From: a virus
Taxonomy: Duplodnaviria > Heunggongvirae > Uroviricota > Caudoviricetes
Direction: 5' to 3' (one strand)
Virus record (IMG/VR): IMGVR_UViG_3300031227_011131
DNA: 64,000 nt
Below are positions 8,543-16,737 of this stretch, piece after piece (the stretch's first letter is position 1; each line of letters begins with the position of its first letter). The translations under genes and the position numbers were made by a program. The notes under the pieces are model-generated. The model saw only the letters and a program-made list of their open reading frames with translations, did no database searches and was not told where the DNA came from.

Positions 8543-9658
8543 ATGATGTTGGCGATACAACGATATTTACGAGCAAACTCACTACAAGCCGCAGTTGACG
8601 AGTGGGCTTTCCGTGTACAAGAGCATGGCAGTCTTGTACAATTGAACTACTCTAGCGATTCCTCTTTAGGCGTTCAAGAGATTGAGGAATGTCGTGGCCT
8701 GATACTGTCCAAGCCTGATTGGGATGTCGTAGCGTATCCGTTCTATCGCTTCTACAATGAAGGCGAATCGTATGCGGCATGTCCCGACTTATCATCGTCT
8801 GTACTGCTTGAGAAGCTTGACGGCTCATTGATAACTCTGTATTGGAATCCAGAGTTGAAGGATTGGTGTGTTGCCACTCGCGGTACAATTCTGGCTGACG
8901 CAACATCAAACTGGAAGAAGTTATCGTTTCAAAGTTTGTTTTGGCAAGCAGTTCGGAAGTATTTGGATGTCGATTTTGAGCGACTTCCGAAGACTGTCAA
9001 CTTGATGTTTGAGCTTATTGGCCCGGACAACCGCGTGTTGACTTGGTATCCAGAAGCCGACTTGCGATTGTTGGCGGCCCGTGACTTGACAACTTTGGAA
9101 GAATTGGACGATGAGGAACTGGACGGATTGTCTGGACTATTAGGCATTCCGCGTCCGAAGGTATTCTCATTTTTTTCTCGTGAGGATGTGTTGGCATTAC
9201 TTGACACATTGGACGAAAAGGATGAAGGTTTTGTTCTGGTTGACTATGACCACAAGAAAGATGGCAACTTTCTGCGCATCAAAGTAAAGAACAAGCGTTA
9301 CTTGGAATTGGCTTATCGTCTACATGCGGGGCAATTGAGCATACTGACTCCAAAGAACATCATTCGTATGATTCGTTCTGACGAAGTAGATGAGATGCTT
9401 GCCTATTTCCCCGAGTTCGGCTCGGACGTTGATTCGGTACGTCAAAAGCTGGGAGACTTGGCGGCTCAAATAGACCGAGATTTTGAGTCTGTCAAGCATT
9501 TGGGAATTGACCGTAAGGAATTAGCGAAGATTGTTGGCAAGATGGTTTGTCCAAAAGCCATATTCTGGCTATTGGATGGCAAGCTACAATCAGGTCGTCA
9601 ATTTTTGATGACTTGCTTTGAGAAAACTTTGTTTCGATTGCTGGGATTTTTCAGCTAA
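8543..9658 (+). CDS. ATP-dependent RNA ligase, T4 Rnl1-like
   Basis: Nucleotidyltransferase motif I EKLDGSL (KxDGSL as in T4 Rnl1). 371 aa, consistent with Rnl1 size. Confidence 0.6.
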   Translation: MMLAIQRYLRANSLQAAVDEWAFRVQEHGSLVQLNYSSDSSLGVQEIEECRGLILSKPDWDVVAYPFYRFYNEGESYAACPDLSSSVLLEKLDGSLITLYWNPELKDWCVATRGTILADATSNWKKLSFQSLFWQAVRKYLDVDFERLPKTVNLMFELIGPDNRVLTWYPEADLRLLAARDLTTLEELDDEELDGLSGLLGIPRPKVFSFFSREDVLALLDTLDEKDEGFVLVDYDHKKDGNFLRIKVKNKRYLELAYRLHAGQLSILTPKNIIRMIRSDEVDEMLAYFPEFGSDVDSVRQKLGDLAAQIDRDFESVKHLGIDRKELAKIVGKMVCPKAIFWLLDGKLQSGRQFLMTCFEKTLFRLLGFFS

Positions 9659-9672
9659 TTTTTCGCTATAAT

Positions 9673-9683
9673 GGTGATATAGA
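9673..9683 (+). promoter_or_regulatory. extended -10-like element GGTGATATAGA upstream of tRNA-Ile
   Basis: Member of the GGTGATATAAT motif family. Confidence 0.35.
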
Positions 9684-9771
9684 GATAGGCATTCCAATTT
9701 TTCAGCATGAATGTCGTTATGGCGAAGATACGGCTAATACTGTGATTATTTGCAGGGCAATTGTGGTTTGG

Positions 9772-9844
9772 AGGGACGTAGCTCAGCAGGAAGAGCAAAC
9801 GACTGATAATCGTTAGGTCGGAGGTTCAAATCCTCCCGTCCCGA
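9772..9844 (+). tRNA. tRNA-Ile (anticodon GAU)
   Basis: D-arm GCTC-AGCAGGAA-GAGC, anticodon arm AACGA-CTGATAA-TCGTT, T-arm GGAGG-TTCAAAT-CCTCC, acceptor (A)GGGACG/CGTCCCG. Followed by TTTTT. Confidence 0.65.
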
Positions 9845-9872
9845 TTTTTCTTGACGTTAGTGGGCAATGTCG

Positions 9873-9985
9873 GCTTAGTCAATAATCAACATTTTGGGCA
9901 GAAAAGATGATTTTTACGAGAAAAAATTCTGGCATAGGTGATATAGTAAGTAGAGAAAGTTTGAAAGTGGCCAAAGGAGATTACA
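9873..9985 (+). repeat. direct repeat copy 1 (about 95 bp), containing the promoter-like GGTGATATAGT and GAAAGTTTGAAAGTGG
   Basis: Near-identical to 10866-10968. The two copies flank the GC-rich ORF. Confidence 0.8.
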
Positions 9986-10852
9986 ATGAACACCGACATC
10001 GTATACGCCGCAGTCGGCAAAACCACACACCTTGGCAGCACACTGGCCGAAGCCAAAACCAAAGCCGCCGAAGCCGGCGATACGCCCACAATCAGCGGTC
10101 GCGTTTGGTGGGCATGGGTTGGCGCTGGGGCAGACCCGAAACCCGCAAGAGGGCCATACCCGACCTTGGCCGATGCCGACGTTGCCCTATCGACATTTCG
10201 TGCACGGCATGGCGCCCTGGCCGGCACATACGAAGCTGCGGGCAGGATAGGGCTTCGAGGATGCATCGGACGAGAGCACTGCCGGAAGTACGCTGATGTT
10301 TCAAGGCTAGGCGATGTAATGCGGGAACAGGTCGAGAAAAAAGACCGGGAACAGGTCGAGAAAAAAGAAATGGACGTAAACACTCCCATAGGACAAGTCA
10401 AAGTCGATGAAGTCGAGGTCAACGAAGATGGTGCTTATCCCTCCGGTTGGATCAACGCCTCCATCCTGGTAGGAGACAAAGAACACTTTACCGGGGCCTC
10501 GTGGTCGTACGACAGCCCCAGCGTAGACTATTACCGAAAACAACGCATGCCCGCCCCGCGTCTCGAAATCAAGGTGTACGGCTACGACGACCACGAACCC
10601 TCCAATGAGACGATCATGAAGGCCATTTGCGAGGCAGGGCTAGAAGATAGCGATCTCGCGGACGACATCATCACCGCAGTCCGGGATGCTTGCCGCGACG
10701 CGGTGTATAATGCTCGTGAGTCTGTTTGCTGTCTCAGTATTGCAAAACACTTGCTAACCCGCGCAGCAGACCGTATGCGCCTCCTGGAGCTACTACAAGA
10801 CGAAATTGCCGATCTCGTATACGGTGACACGATAGCGGCACATTTTTCGTAA
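9986..10852 (+). CDS. hypothetical protein encoded by a GC-rich (about 60% GC) insert, i.e. a moron
   Basis: 288 aa. Codon usage and GC differ strongly from neighbours. Contains a 24 bp tandem duplication (REQVEKKD x2) at about 10321-10368. Confidence 0.5.
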   Translation: MNTDIVYAAVGKTTHLGSTLAEAKTKAAEAGDTPTISGRVWWAWVGAGADPKPARGPYPTLADADVALSTFRARHGALAGTYEAAGRIGLRGCIGREHCRKYADVSRLGDVMREQVEKKDREQVEKKEMDVNTPIGQVKVDEVEVNEDGAYPSGWINASILVGDKEHFTGASWSYDSPSVDYYRKQRMPAPRLEIKVYGYDDHEPSNETIMKAICEAGLEDSDLADDIITAVRDACRDAVYNARESVCCLSIAKHLLTRAADRMRLLELLQDEIADLVYGDTIAAHFS

Positions 10853-10865
10853 GCCCACTTTTCCC

Positions 10866-10968
10866 TTTATCAACATTTTGGGCAGAAAAGATGATTTTTA
10901 CGAGAAAAAATTCTGGCATAGGTGATATAGTAAGTAGAGAAAGTTTGAAAGTTTGAAAGTGGCCAATA
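10866..10968 (+). repeat. direct repeat copy 2 (GAAAGTTT unit triplicated instead of duplicated)
   Basis: Same about 95 bp sequence as 9873-9985. Confidence 0.8.
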
Positions 10969-10981
10969 ATGGAGATGTCTG

Positions 10982-11404
10982 ATGAGAATAACAGAACTGA
11001 CCAAGCAGGAAATAGTGGAGAGAAAGGCAATGGCAATGGCAATGTTGGAAGTTTTGGATGATTATGATTGGGGTGAGGTGTTTGCGTTTTCGGGCGGTGA
11101 AGGTTTTGGGAGTGTTGGGGACATTAGAGAGGCCATTCCGGGGCAGAACATAATTCTTGGTCCCTTTGGTCGGGCGGATGTATCCGAAATCATAGCAATG
11201 TCTCCTGGGCAAAATGATAGAGAGAGTTGGATGGTTTGTGGCGGTCTCAATGACGGTTGTTGGTTTTTCATAGAGGCTGGTTGCTGCTACACTGGTTGGG
11301 ATTGTCAGGCCTACGGCAGCACTACGATTGCCAGGACTAAGGCGGAGCTAATTAGGTTTGGGCTAACGAAGGATGCTCGGGAGCGAATGGGTTTGGAGCT
11401 ATAG
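10982..11404 (+). CDS. hypothetical protein
   Basis: 140 aa ORF after the second repeat copy. Confidence 0.4.
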   Translation: MRITELTKQEIVERKAMAMAMLEVLDDYDWGEVFAFSGGEGFGSVGDIREAIPGQNIILGPFGRADVSEIIAMSPGQNDRESWMVCGGLNDGCWFFIEAGCCYTGWDCQAYGSTTIARTKAELIRFGLTKDARERMGLEL

Positions 11405-11418
11405 GAAAGGCGTGTTGG

Positions 11419-11490
11419 TGCCTGGTGGTGTAATTGGTAACACACCAGATTTTGATTCTGGCATTCCAGGTTCAAGTCCTGGCCGGGCAA
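11419..11490 (+). tRNA. tRNA-Gln (anticodon UUG)
   Basis: U1:A72 acceptor TGCCTGG/CCGGGCA, D-arm GTGT-AATTGGTA-ACAC, anticodon arm CCAGA-TTTTGAT-TCTGG, T-arm CCAGG-TTCAAGT-CCTGG. Confidence 0.7.
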
Positions 11491-11590
11491 TTTTGCATTG
11501 AAGTTGATATAAGAGTGTAGTTGATTAGTTGAGTCAACGACGTAACGGTTTCAATGGCTGTGTAGTACAAACGAAAAGAATGGAGTTGTC

Positions 11591-11914
11591 GTGATGACAT
11601 TGGATGAGGCTCTGAAAAACGAAGCTGTTTTTGGACTGTTGTTTGCTGATTTCATCGAACGTGGTGGAAGTCTGGATGAGCTTGTCGAGGACAATCTCAA
11701 TTTGAGTTTTGGGGATGTTTTTGAGAGTTTGTCTTCATGGCTGACCCAGAATGATATAGAAGTTCTCATGACCGGTGATGAAATCAACAAAATCATCAGT
11801 TGCGTTTTTGTTTTTAGTTCTCTAAAGCAGATGGAGCGAGACGGGAAGGCTGTCTGTAATGACGGCAAGTGGATTCTGACGGACAAGGGAAAAGAGGAAG
11901 ATTGTCCGAATTGA
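11591..11914 (+). CDS. hypothetical acidic protein
   Basis: 107 aa ORF. Confidence 0.35.
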   Translation: MMTLDEALKNEAVFGLLFADFIERGGSLDELVEDNLNLSFGDVFESLSSWLTQNDIEVLMTGDEINKIISCVFVFSSLKQMERDGKAVCNDGKWILTDKGKEEDCPN

Positions 11915-11920
11915 TTTAAT

Positions 11921-12014
11921 GGATAGGTGGCCGAGTTTGGTCTAAGGCTCTGGTTTCGAAAATCAGTAGGCGGTGTCAAACACTGTCTCGTGGGTTCAAA
12001 TCCCACCCTATCCG
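11921..12014 (+). tRNA. tRNA-Ser (anticodon CGA), class II with a long variable arm
   Basis: Acceptor GGATAGG/CCTATCC, anticodon arm CTGGT-TTCGAAA-ATCAG, T-arm GTGGG-TTCAAAT-CCCAC. Confidence 0.65.
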
Positions 12015-12076
12015 TCAATGGTGGAGTTGTCTAAGAGGCTATTTGGTTTAGCAAGCAATTCAAAAAAGGGAACACA

Positions 12077-12517
12077 ATGAAGCCGAAGTTAGTCAAGGGC
12101 AACATTTTTGACACAGGATGTCAGTGGATTGGTCATGGCGTTAATTGTGTTGGCGTTATGGGTGCTGGTATTGCATTACAGGTTCGCCGCAGGTATCCGT
12201 ATTCTTTCACGGTTTACCAACAGGTCATTCATGACACTGGTTTAGTTCCGGGGCAGAACATTTATGTTGTAGAGAATCCTCATTCGATATGTCACATGGC
12301 GACACAACCTAGGCCTGGGAGATTTGCTTGTCTTGAACTTGTTGAGATGTGTATTAGTGAGTTTATTCAAGAATACAACGAAGTGGGTGTTTCACTTGCT
12401 TTGCCGCGTATTGGTTGTGGCATAGGCGGCTTGAATTGGGAAGATGTATCACAGTTATTGGAAAAGCTGTTTACGCCCACTGCTATTGAGGTTGAGTTTT
12501 GGACGTATATGTTGTAA
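12077..12517 (+). CDS. macro-domain protein (ADP-ribose binding or hydrolase)
   Basis: GNIFD ... HGVNCVGVMGAGIALQV is the macro-domain signature. Confidence 0.7.
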   Translation: MKPKLVKGNIFDTGCQWIGHGVNCVGVMGAGIALQVRRRYPYSFTVYQQVIHDTGLVPGQNIYVVENPHSICHMATQPRPGRFACLELVEMCISEFIQEYNEVGVSLALPRIGCGIGGLNWEDVSQLLEKLFTPTAIEVEFWTYML

Positions 12518-12568
12518 GAGATATGGCTCAAAGTAGATTTAGGCAAGAGATGAAAGGCAAGGTTTGCA

Positions 12569-13792
12569 ATGCAGGTTATCAATGACAATGGAAATTTGAT
12601 TAAGGCTTGGATTGACGGTGTTTCCGTTGAAGATGGGGCTGTTGCGCAGTTGAAGAAGTGTGCTCAGATGCCTTTCATTTTCAAGCATGTAGCTGCAATG
12701 CCAGATGCTCATGTGGGAATGGGCGCTTGTATTGGTAGCGTAATTCCTACTATCGGTGCTGTTATGCCTTCGGCTGTTGGCGTTGACATTGGGTGTGGAA
12801 TGGCTGCGGTAAGAACTACGCTTACCGAGTCTGACATTCCAGAGGCAATCAGACCCGATGTACGTTTTGCTATCGAAAATGCAATTCCAGCGGGCCGTTC
12901 GCATAACGGTGGCAAGGGCGACATTGGAGCCTGGGATAAGTTGCCAACTGTTGTAGAAGCCATTTGGCTTGACGAGCTTGCAGAGGACTACGACAAGATT
13001 ACTGAGAAGCACAGGGGAGCTAAGGGATACAACGATGTAAACCAACTTGGTACGCTTGGGACGGGCAATCACTTCATTGAGATTTGTTTGGACAAGGACA
13101 ACCGAGTATGGTTCATGTTGCATTCTGGTTCTCGTGGTTGCGGAAACAGAATTGGCAGCTATTTCATCAAGTTTGCAAAAGAGCTTTGCAATAAGTGGTT
13201 TATCAATTTGCCTGATTCTGATTTGGCTTATTTTCCACAGCGCACTGAAGAATTTTCAGATTACATGTTTGCGGTTGGCTGGGCGCAGAAGTTTGCCAGG
13301 TTGAATCGTGATTTAATGATGCAGTCTCTTGTTGACGCTATCAGGGGAGTGACATCTGTTCCTGAGTTTGAGTTTGAAGGCGATGTAGTCGATTGTCATC
13401 ACAACTATGTTGCTTTTGAGAATCATTTTGGCAAGAATATATTAGTAACTCGCAAAGGTGCAATTCGTGCTCGCAAGGATGAGCTTGCTATTATTCCTGG
13501 TAGTATGGGCACGCGCTCGTACATTGTGCGAGGTCTTGGCAATAGGGACAGTTTTTGCAGTGCTTCGCATGGTGCTGGTCGTTGTATGTCACGAACCCGG
13601 GCGCGCAAAACGATCACGGTAGATCAGCATGTTGCGGCTACAAAGGGTGTTGAGTGCGTTAAGGATAAGACTGTATTGGACGAATCACCTTTGGCGTATA
13701 AGGATATTGACAAGGTAATTGAAGCTGAACGGGATTTGGTAGAGCCTGTTCATACCTTACGTCAGATAATTTGCGTCAAAGGAATTGGATAA
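12569..13792 (+). CDS. rtcB: RtcB RNA ligase (3'-phosphate/5'-hydroxyl RNA ligase)
   Basis: 407 aa. Metal-ligand blocks AMPDAHVGMG, GCGMAAV, GTGNHFIE, HSGSRG and HNY are all present in RtcB order. Confidence 0.85.
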   Translation: MQVINDNGNLIKAWIDGVSVEDGAVAQLKKCAQMPFIFKHVAAMPDAHVGMGACIGSVIPTIGAVMPSAVGVDIGCGMAAVRTTLTESDIPEAIRPDVRFAIENAIPAGRSHNGGKGDIGAWDKLPTVVEAIWLDELAEDYDKITEKHRGAKGYNDVNQLGTLGTGNHFIEICLDKDNRVWFMLHSGSRGCGNRIGSYFIKFAKELCNKWFINLPDSDLAYFPQRTEEFSDYMFAVGWAQKFARLNRDLMMQSLVDAIRGVTSVPEFEFEGDVVDCHHNYVAFENHFGKNILVTRKGAIRARKDELAIIPGSMGTRSYIVRGLGNRDSFCSASHGAGRCMSRTRARKTITVDQHVAATKGVECVKDKTVLDESPLAYKDIDKVIEAERDLVEPVHTLRQIICVKGIG

Positions 13793-13830
13793 AAGGACGC
13801 AAAAAGGACGCAAAAAGGACGCAAAAAATT
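13793..13830. repeat. tandem repeat (AAAAGGACGC) x3 just downstream of rtcB
   Basis: Read directly: ggacgcaaaaaggacgcaaaaaggacgcaaaaaa. Confidence 0.7.
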
Positions 13831-13837
13831 GAAAAAA

Positions 13838-13848
13838 GGTGATATAAT
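13838..13848 (+). promoter_or_regulatory. extended -10-like promoter GGTGATATAAT
   Basis: TGnTATAAT consensus, about 100 nt upstream of tRNA-Leu. Followed by a TTGACAATT element. Confidence 0.45.
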
Positions 13849-13952
13849 AGGGAGCACATTTGATTGACAATTAAGTTTTTGCGGGTGTGGTGGAATTGGC
13901 ATACACGATATGCTATTTTGTTGTTTGACAATTGAGTTTGTTATGATATAAT

Positions 13953-14036
13953 GCGGGTGTAGCCGAACGGCATAGGCGACGGACTTAAAATCCGTTGGGT
14001 GTAATACCCATGTGGGTTCGAATCCCACCACCCGCA
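13953..14036 (+). tRNA. tRNA-Leu (anticodon UAA), class II
   Basis: Acceptor GCGGGTG/CACCCGC, D-arm GCC-GAACGGCATA-GGC, anticodon arm ACGGA-CTTAAAA-TCCGT, variable arm TGGGTGTAATACCCAT, T-arm GTGGG-TTCGAAT-CCCAC. Confidence 0.75.
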
Positions 14037-14052
14037 TCAGTGAGGAGGAATC

Positions 14053-14823
14053 ATGAAAATTGATAGGAAGGAGTTTGAGAAAGCGTGGAATGGCAATTTG
14101 GCTGTGAGAGAGATACGTAATGCGTTTGGCCTATCGGAAAGGCAAGTTAGGAAGTTCAGGGATGAATACAACTTAAAAAAGCGAAAGAGAGGCGGAGTAC
14201 GGGTTAGCGAGTATCCAAAGACGAGTGAATCTGCCTATTTGCTTGGAGTGGCTTTAGGGGATGGAGATTTAGGAATCGTAGGAAGAACGATTAGGTTGAG
14301 GCTATTTTGTGACATAAAATTTCCATGCTTGATAGACAAGTGGCGTAATACATGTAATGCGGTTTTGGGATGTAATTCAAGTGTTATATCGTGGGGGAAG
14401 AATTGCAAAGCTGTGATGGCATATTCTAAGAAGTTACAAGAGTTTCCATGGAAACCTCGAAAAGGAAGAAAGTGGGAACAAAATGTTCGTATTCCAGATT
14501 GGGTCAAGGATGGTGGGTTCCTGATTGATTGTTTGGTTGGCCTCTTTGAAGCTGATGGTTGCATTTATACTCAACGGGTGAAAGTTGGAAACAGAGTCTA
14601 TGAATACGAAAGGGTGAGTTTTAGCAATTCTGCAGAGTTGCTGATTCGGGATGTGATTGATTTTCTGTTGGATAATGGCATATCACATACAGTTGTTGAG
14701 CGTCCCGTAGGTGGTAAAACGATGATAAATGGAAAACCAGTAGTAAGTAGAACAATCAATTATTACATACAGATTATAGATAGGGATGGGTTTCTTGATT
14801 TAGTGCCGTTTAGTAAGACTTAA
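14053..14823 (+). CDS. LAGLIDADG homing endonuclease (two-motif)
   Basis: Motifs LLGVALGDGDLGIV and LVGLFEADGCIYT. The start is 17 nt after the tRNA-Leu end. Confidence 0.75.
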   Translation: MKIDRKEFEKAWNGNLAVREIRNAFGLSERQVRKFRDEYNLKKRKRGGVRVSEYPKTSESAYLLGVALGDGDLGIVGRTIRLRLFCDIKFPCLIDKWRNTCNAVLGCNSSVISWGKNCKAVMAYSKKLQEFPWKPRKGRKWEQNVRIPDWVKDGGFLIDCLVGLFEADGCIYTQRVKVGNRVYEYERVSFSNSAELLIRDVIDFLLDNGISHTVVERPVGGKTMINGKPVVSRTINYYIQIIDRDGFLDLVPFSKT

Positions 14824-14896
14824 AATCCGTTGGCCCTTTTTGGCTGTGTGGGTTCGAGTCCCACCACCCGCATCAGTGAGGAGGAATCATGAAAAT
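14817..14896 (+). repeat. diverged duplicate of the tRNA-Leu 3' half (from the anticodon loop) plus the downstream RBS and ATGAAAAT
   Basis: GACTTAAAATCCGTTGG ... GTGGGTTCGAGTCCCACCACCCGCATCAGTGAGGAGGAATCATGAAAAT parallels 13982-14060. Confidence 0.65.
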
Positions 14897-15152
14897 GGAT
14901 TTGAATGAGTTGCTGACTGAAGCAAAGAGCAAACTCGGCAAGCAAGAGATGGCCAAGCTTGACCACTTGCTTGAAGACATAGAGAAGGTAGGCGCGAGCG
15001 TTGTCAACTTGGACGATGGCTTGCATTTGAAAGTCAATTGGTGTTTGTATTCTTTGCCTGAGTTTATGGAGGCGTATCGCAGGCATGACAAATGGCCTGA
15101 TCTTTGGATGGAACGCATGCAAAAAATAGGACAATCAGTGCCTATTCATTGA
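14889..15152 (+). CDS. hypothetical protein
   Basis: 87 aa. Its start region is duplicated at the start of the homing-endonuclease ORF. Confidence 0.4.
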   Translation: MKMDLNELLTEAKSKLGKQEMAKLDHLLEDIEKVGASVVNLDDGLHLKVNWCLYSLPEFMEAYRRHDKWPDLWMERMQKIGQSVPIH

Positions 15153-15343
15153 GTGGAGATGTTATGGGTTATCGGAGGTGCAAGTGTGGGGCGTGTATGG
15201 AACATCTTTTGGTAGAGGGTACAAACGAAGAGTGTGTTTTTTGGTGTCCAGAATGTGGCAGGGCGTTGTGTATGTTACAAGAGGAAACAGCTTGGCACGA
15301 GCCAAGTTGTATAAAGCAAGAGGACGAATTGGGTAAAAAATAG
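15104..15343 (+). CDS. zinc-ribbon protein (CxxC ... CPECG)
   Basis: 79 aa with two CxxC pairs. Confidence 0.35.
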   Translation: MDGTHAKNRTISAYSLSGDVMGYRRCKCGACMEHLLVEGTNEECVFWCPECGRALCMLQEETAWHEPSCIKQEDELGKK

Positions 15344-15409
15344 TATTGAGATTCAGGTGTTTGATTACCACCATTGAGAAATGGTAGGACAATATGAAAA
15401 GGAGAAAAG

Positions 15410-15697
15410 ATGAGCGATACTAAGGAGAAATCTGGCAGTTTGGAAACGTATGAAACGTATGATACGAATGATTTTTTGACGGCCAATTTCTTACTGGCCA
15501 AACATGCCAGGCTTGTTGGAAGTCGCTTTGAGGGTCGTTGGCTTGTGTTCATATTTGCAAATAAAGCGGAATGTGAGAATTTGATAAATGATCTGAATTA
15601 TGGCGATGACAATGTATCCGCGTCGGTTTTCTTTGATGCTGGTAAGCGTTTGAAGAAAATCATACATTCCCAGGATAGAGGTTATGGCAAAAGATGA
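15410..15697 (+). CDS. hypothetical protein
   Basis: 95 aa ORF. Confidence 0.35.
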   Translation: MSDTKEKSGSLETYETYDTNDFLTANFLLAKHARLVGSRFEGRWLVFIFANKAECENLINDLNYGDDNVSASVFFDAGKRLKKIIHSQDRGYGKR

Positions 15698-16035
15698 GAG
15701 TTATCATAGCTGGTTCAAGAGAGGTGAAATCTTACGATGTTGTTGAAGAAGCCATAAAAGAATCAGGTTTTGCCATATCACAAGTCGTAAGTGGGATGGC
15801 AAGCGGTGTGGATGCTCTTGGTGTATTGTGGGCAAAAGAGAATGATGTTTTATTGGCTGAGTATCCAGCCGATTGGAAAAGATATGGTCGTGCTGCCGGG
15901 ATGATTCGTAACAAGCAGATGTCGGAGAATGCAGATGCTCTTGTTGCAATATGGGATGGTAAGTCACACGGCACTCAGAATATGATAGGTACTGCAAAAG
16001 CTCAAGGATTGATGGTCTATGTGAAACAAGTCTGA
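15694..16035 (+). CDS. SLOG/DprA-like Rossmann-fold protein (DUF2493-like)
   Basis: IIAGSR ... GMASGVDA ... AIWDGKSHGT resembles the DprA/LOG Rossmann core. Confidence 0.4.
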   Translation: MRVIIAGSREVKSYDVVEEAIKESGFAISQVVSGMASGVDALGVLWAKENDVLLAEYPADWKRYGRAAGMIRNKQMSENADALVAIWDGKSHGTQNMIGTAKAQGLMVYVKQV

Positions 16036-16058
16036 AAAGTAGAAACTTTTTGGGCATT

Positions 16059-16070
16059 CGGTGATATTAA
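16059..16070 (+). promoter_or_regulatory. -10-like element CGGTGATATTAAG upstream of the phosphoesterase gene
   Basis: Member of the motif family, about 40 nt before the likely ATG at 16114. Confidence 0.35.
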
Positions 16071-16095
16071 GATAGGTTACGAATGAAAGTTTATC

Positions 16096-16716
16096 TTGAC
16101 AAGGAATAGGACGATGTTTTTCGTTGGCGATGTGCATGGGCGATTTGAGGAATACAAGCGAATCATAGTTGATTTGCCTCAAATCATTCAGCTTGGCGAC
16201 ATGGGATTGGGGTTTGGCAAAGATAAACAGTATCTCGACAATCCCTCTTATCGCTTTTTAAGAGGCAATCACGACAGTCCGGCTATCTGTCGGAAGCAGT
16301 TCAGCTATCTTGGGGATTGGGGCTATTTGAAGGATGAGGGCGTATTTTACGTTAGTGGTGCGTATTCAGTTGACAAGGCGATGCGTACCATTGATTTAGA
16401 TTGGTGGCCTGAAGAGCAGCTTGACTATCAGACATTTTGTCGGGCAATTGAGTCGTACAAGCTTCTGAAGCCAGAGATTGTAGTTTCGCATGACTGTCCG
16501 TTTGACATTCTGCCATACGTGATGGGCAATGCTCGGAGATGTAAGCGGAATTCGACGGTAATGGCTTTGCAGCAGATGTTTGATGCTCATAGGCCTAATT
16601 TGTGGATATTTGCCCATCACCACAAGTCAAGGAAGTTTTCTGTTGATGGAACGTTGTTCATCTGTGTGGGTATCTTAGGTGTATACGATTCAGAGATAAA
16701 TCAGTTCGTAACGTGA
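16096..16716 (+). CDS. calcineurin-like metallophosphoesterase
   Basis: GDVHG, GDMG and RGNHD motifs. The true start is probably the ATG at about 16114. Confidence 0.7.
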   Translation: MTRNRTMFFVGDVHGRFEEYKRIIVDLPQIIQLGDMGLGFGKDKQYLDNPSYRFLRGNHDSPAICRKQFSYLGDWGYLKDEGVFYVSGAYSVDKAMRTIDLDWWPEEQLDYQTFCRAIESYKLLKPEIVVSHDCPFDILPYVMGNARRCKRNSTVMALQQMFDAHRPNLWIFAHHHKSRKFSVDGTLFICVGILGVYDSEINQFVT

Positions 16717-16737
16717 AAACTGCATTGTAATTCATGA

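Noticed and set aside
9886-10422. 178 aa minus-strand ORF, plus + strand alternative frames 9907-10296 and 10032-10250
   Set aside because: These are shadow or alternative frames of the GC-rich insert. The products are low-complexity Ser/Arg/Pro strings.
12539-13123. 194 aa minus-strand ORF
   Set aside because: Antisense to the well-supported rtcB gene.
13793-13830. Possible CRISPR array
   Set aside because: Only three 10 bp units with no spacers. The same applies to the other tandem repeats in the window.
13943-13952. TGATATAAT as the promoter of tRNA-Leu
   Set aside because: It ends 1 nt before tRNA position +1, so a sigma-70 transcription start site would fall inside the acceptor stem. 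The upstream copy at 13838 is the more plausible promoter.
13987-14821. Group I intron in tRNA-Leu(UAA)
   Set aside because: The interval is almost entirely the endonuclease ORF, with no free space for a P1-P9 core. A free-standing endonuclease gene with target duplication is more parsimonious. It is kept as a lower-probability alternative in the findings.
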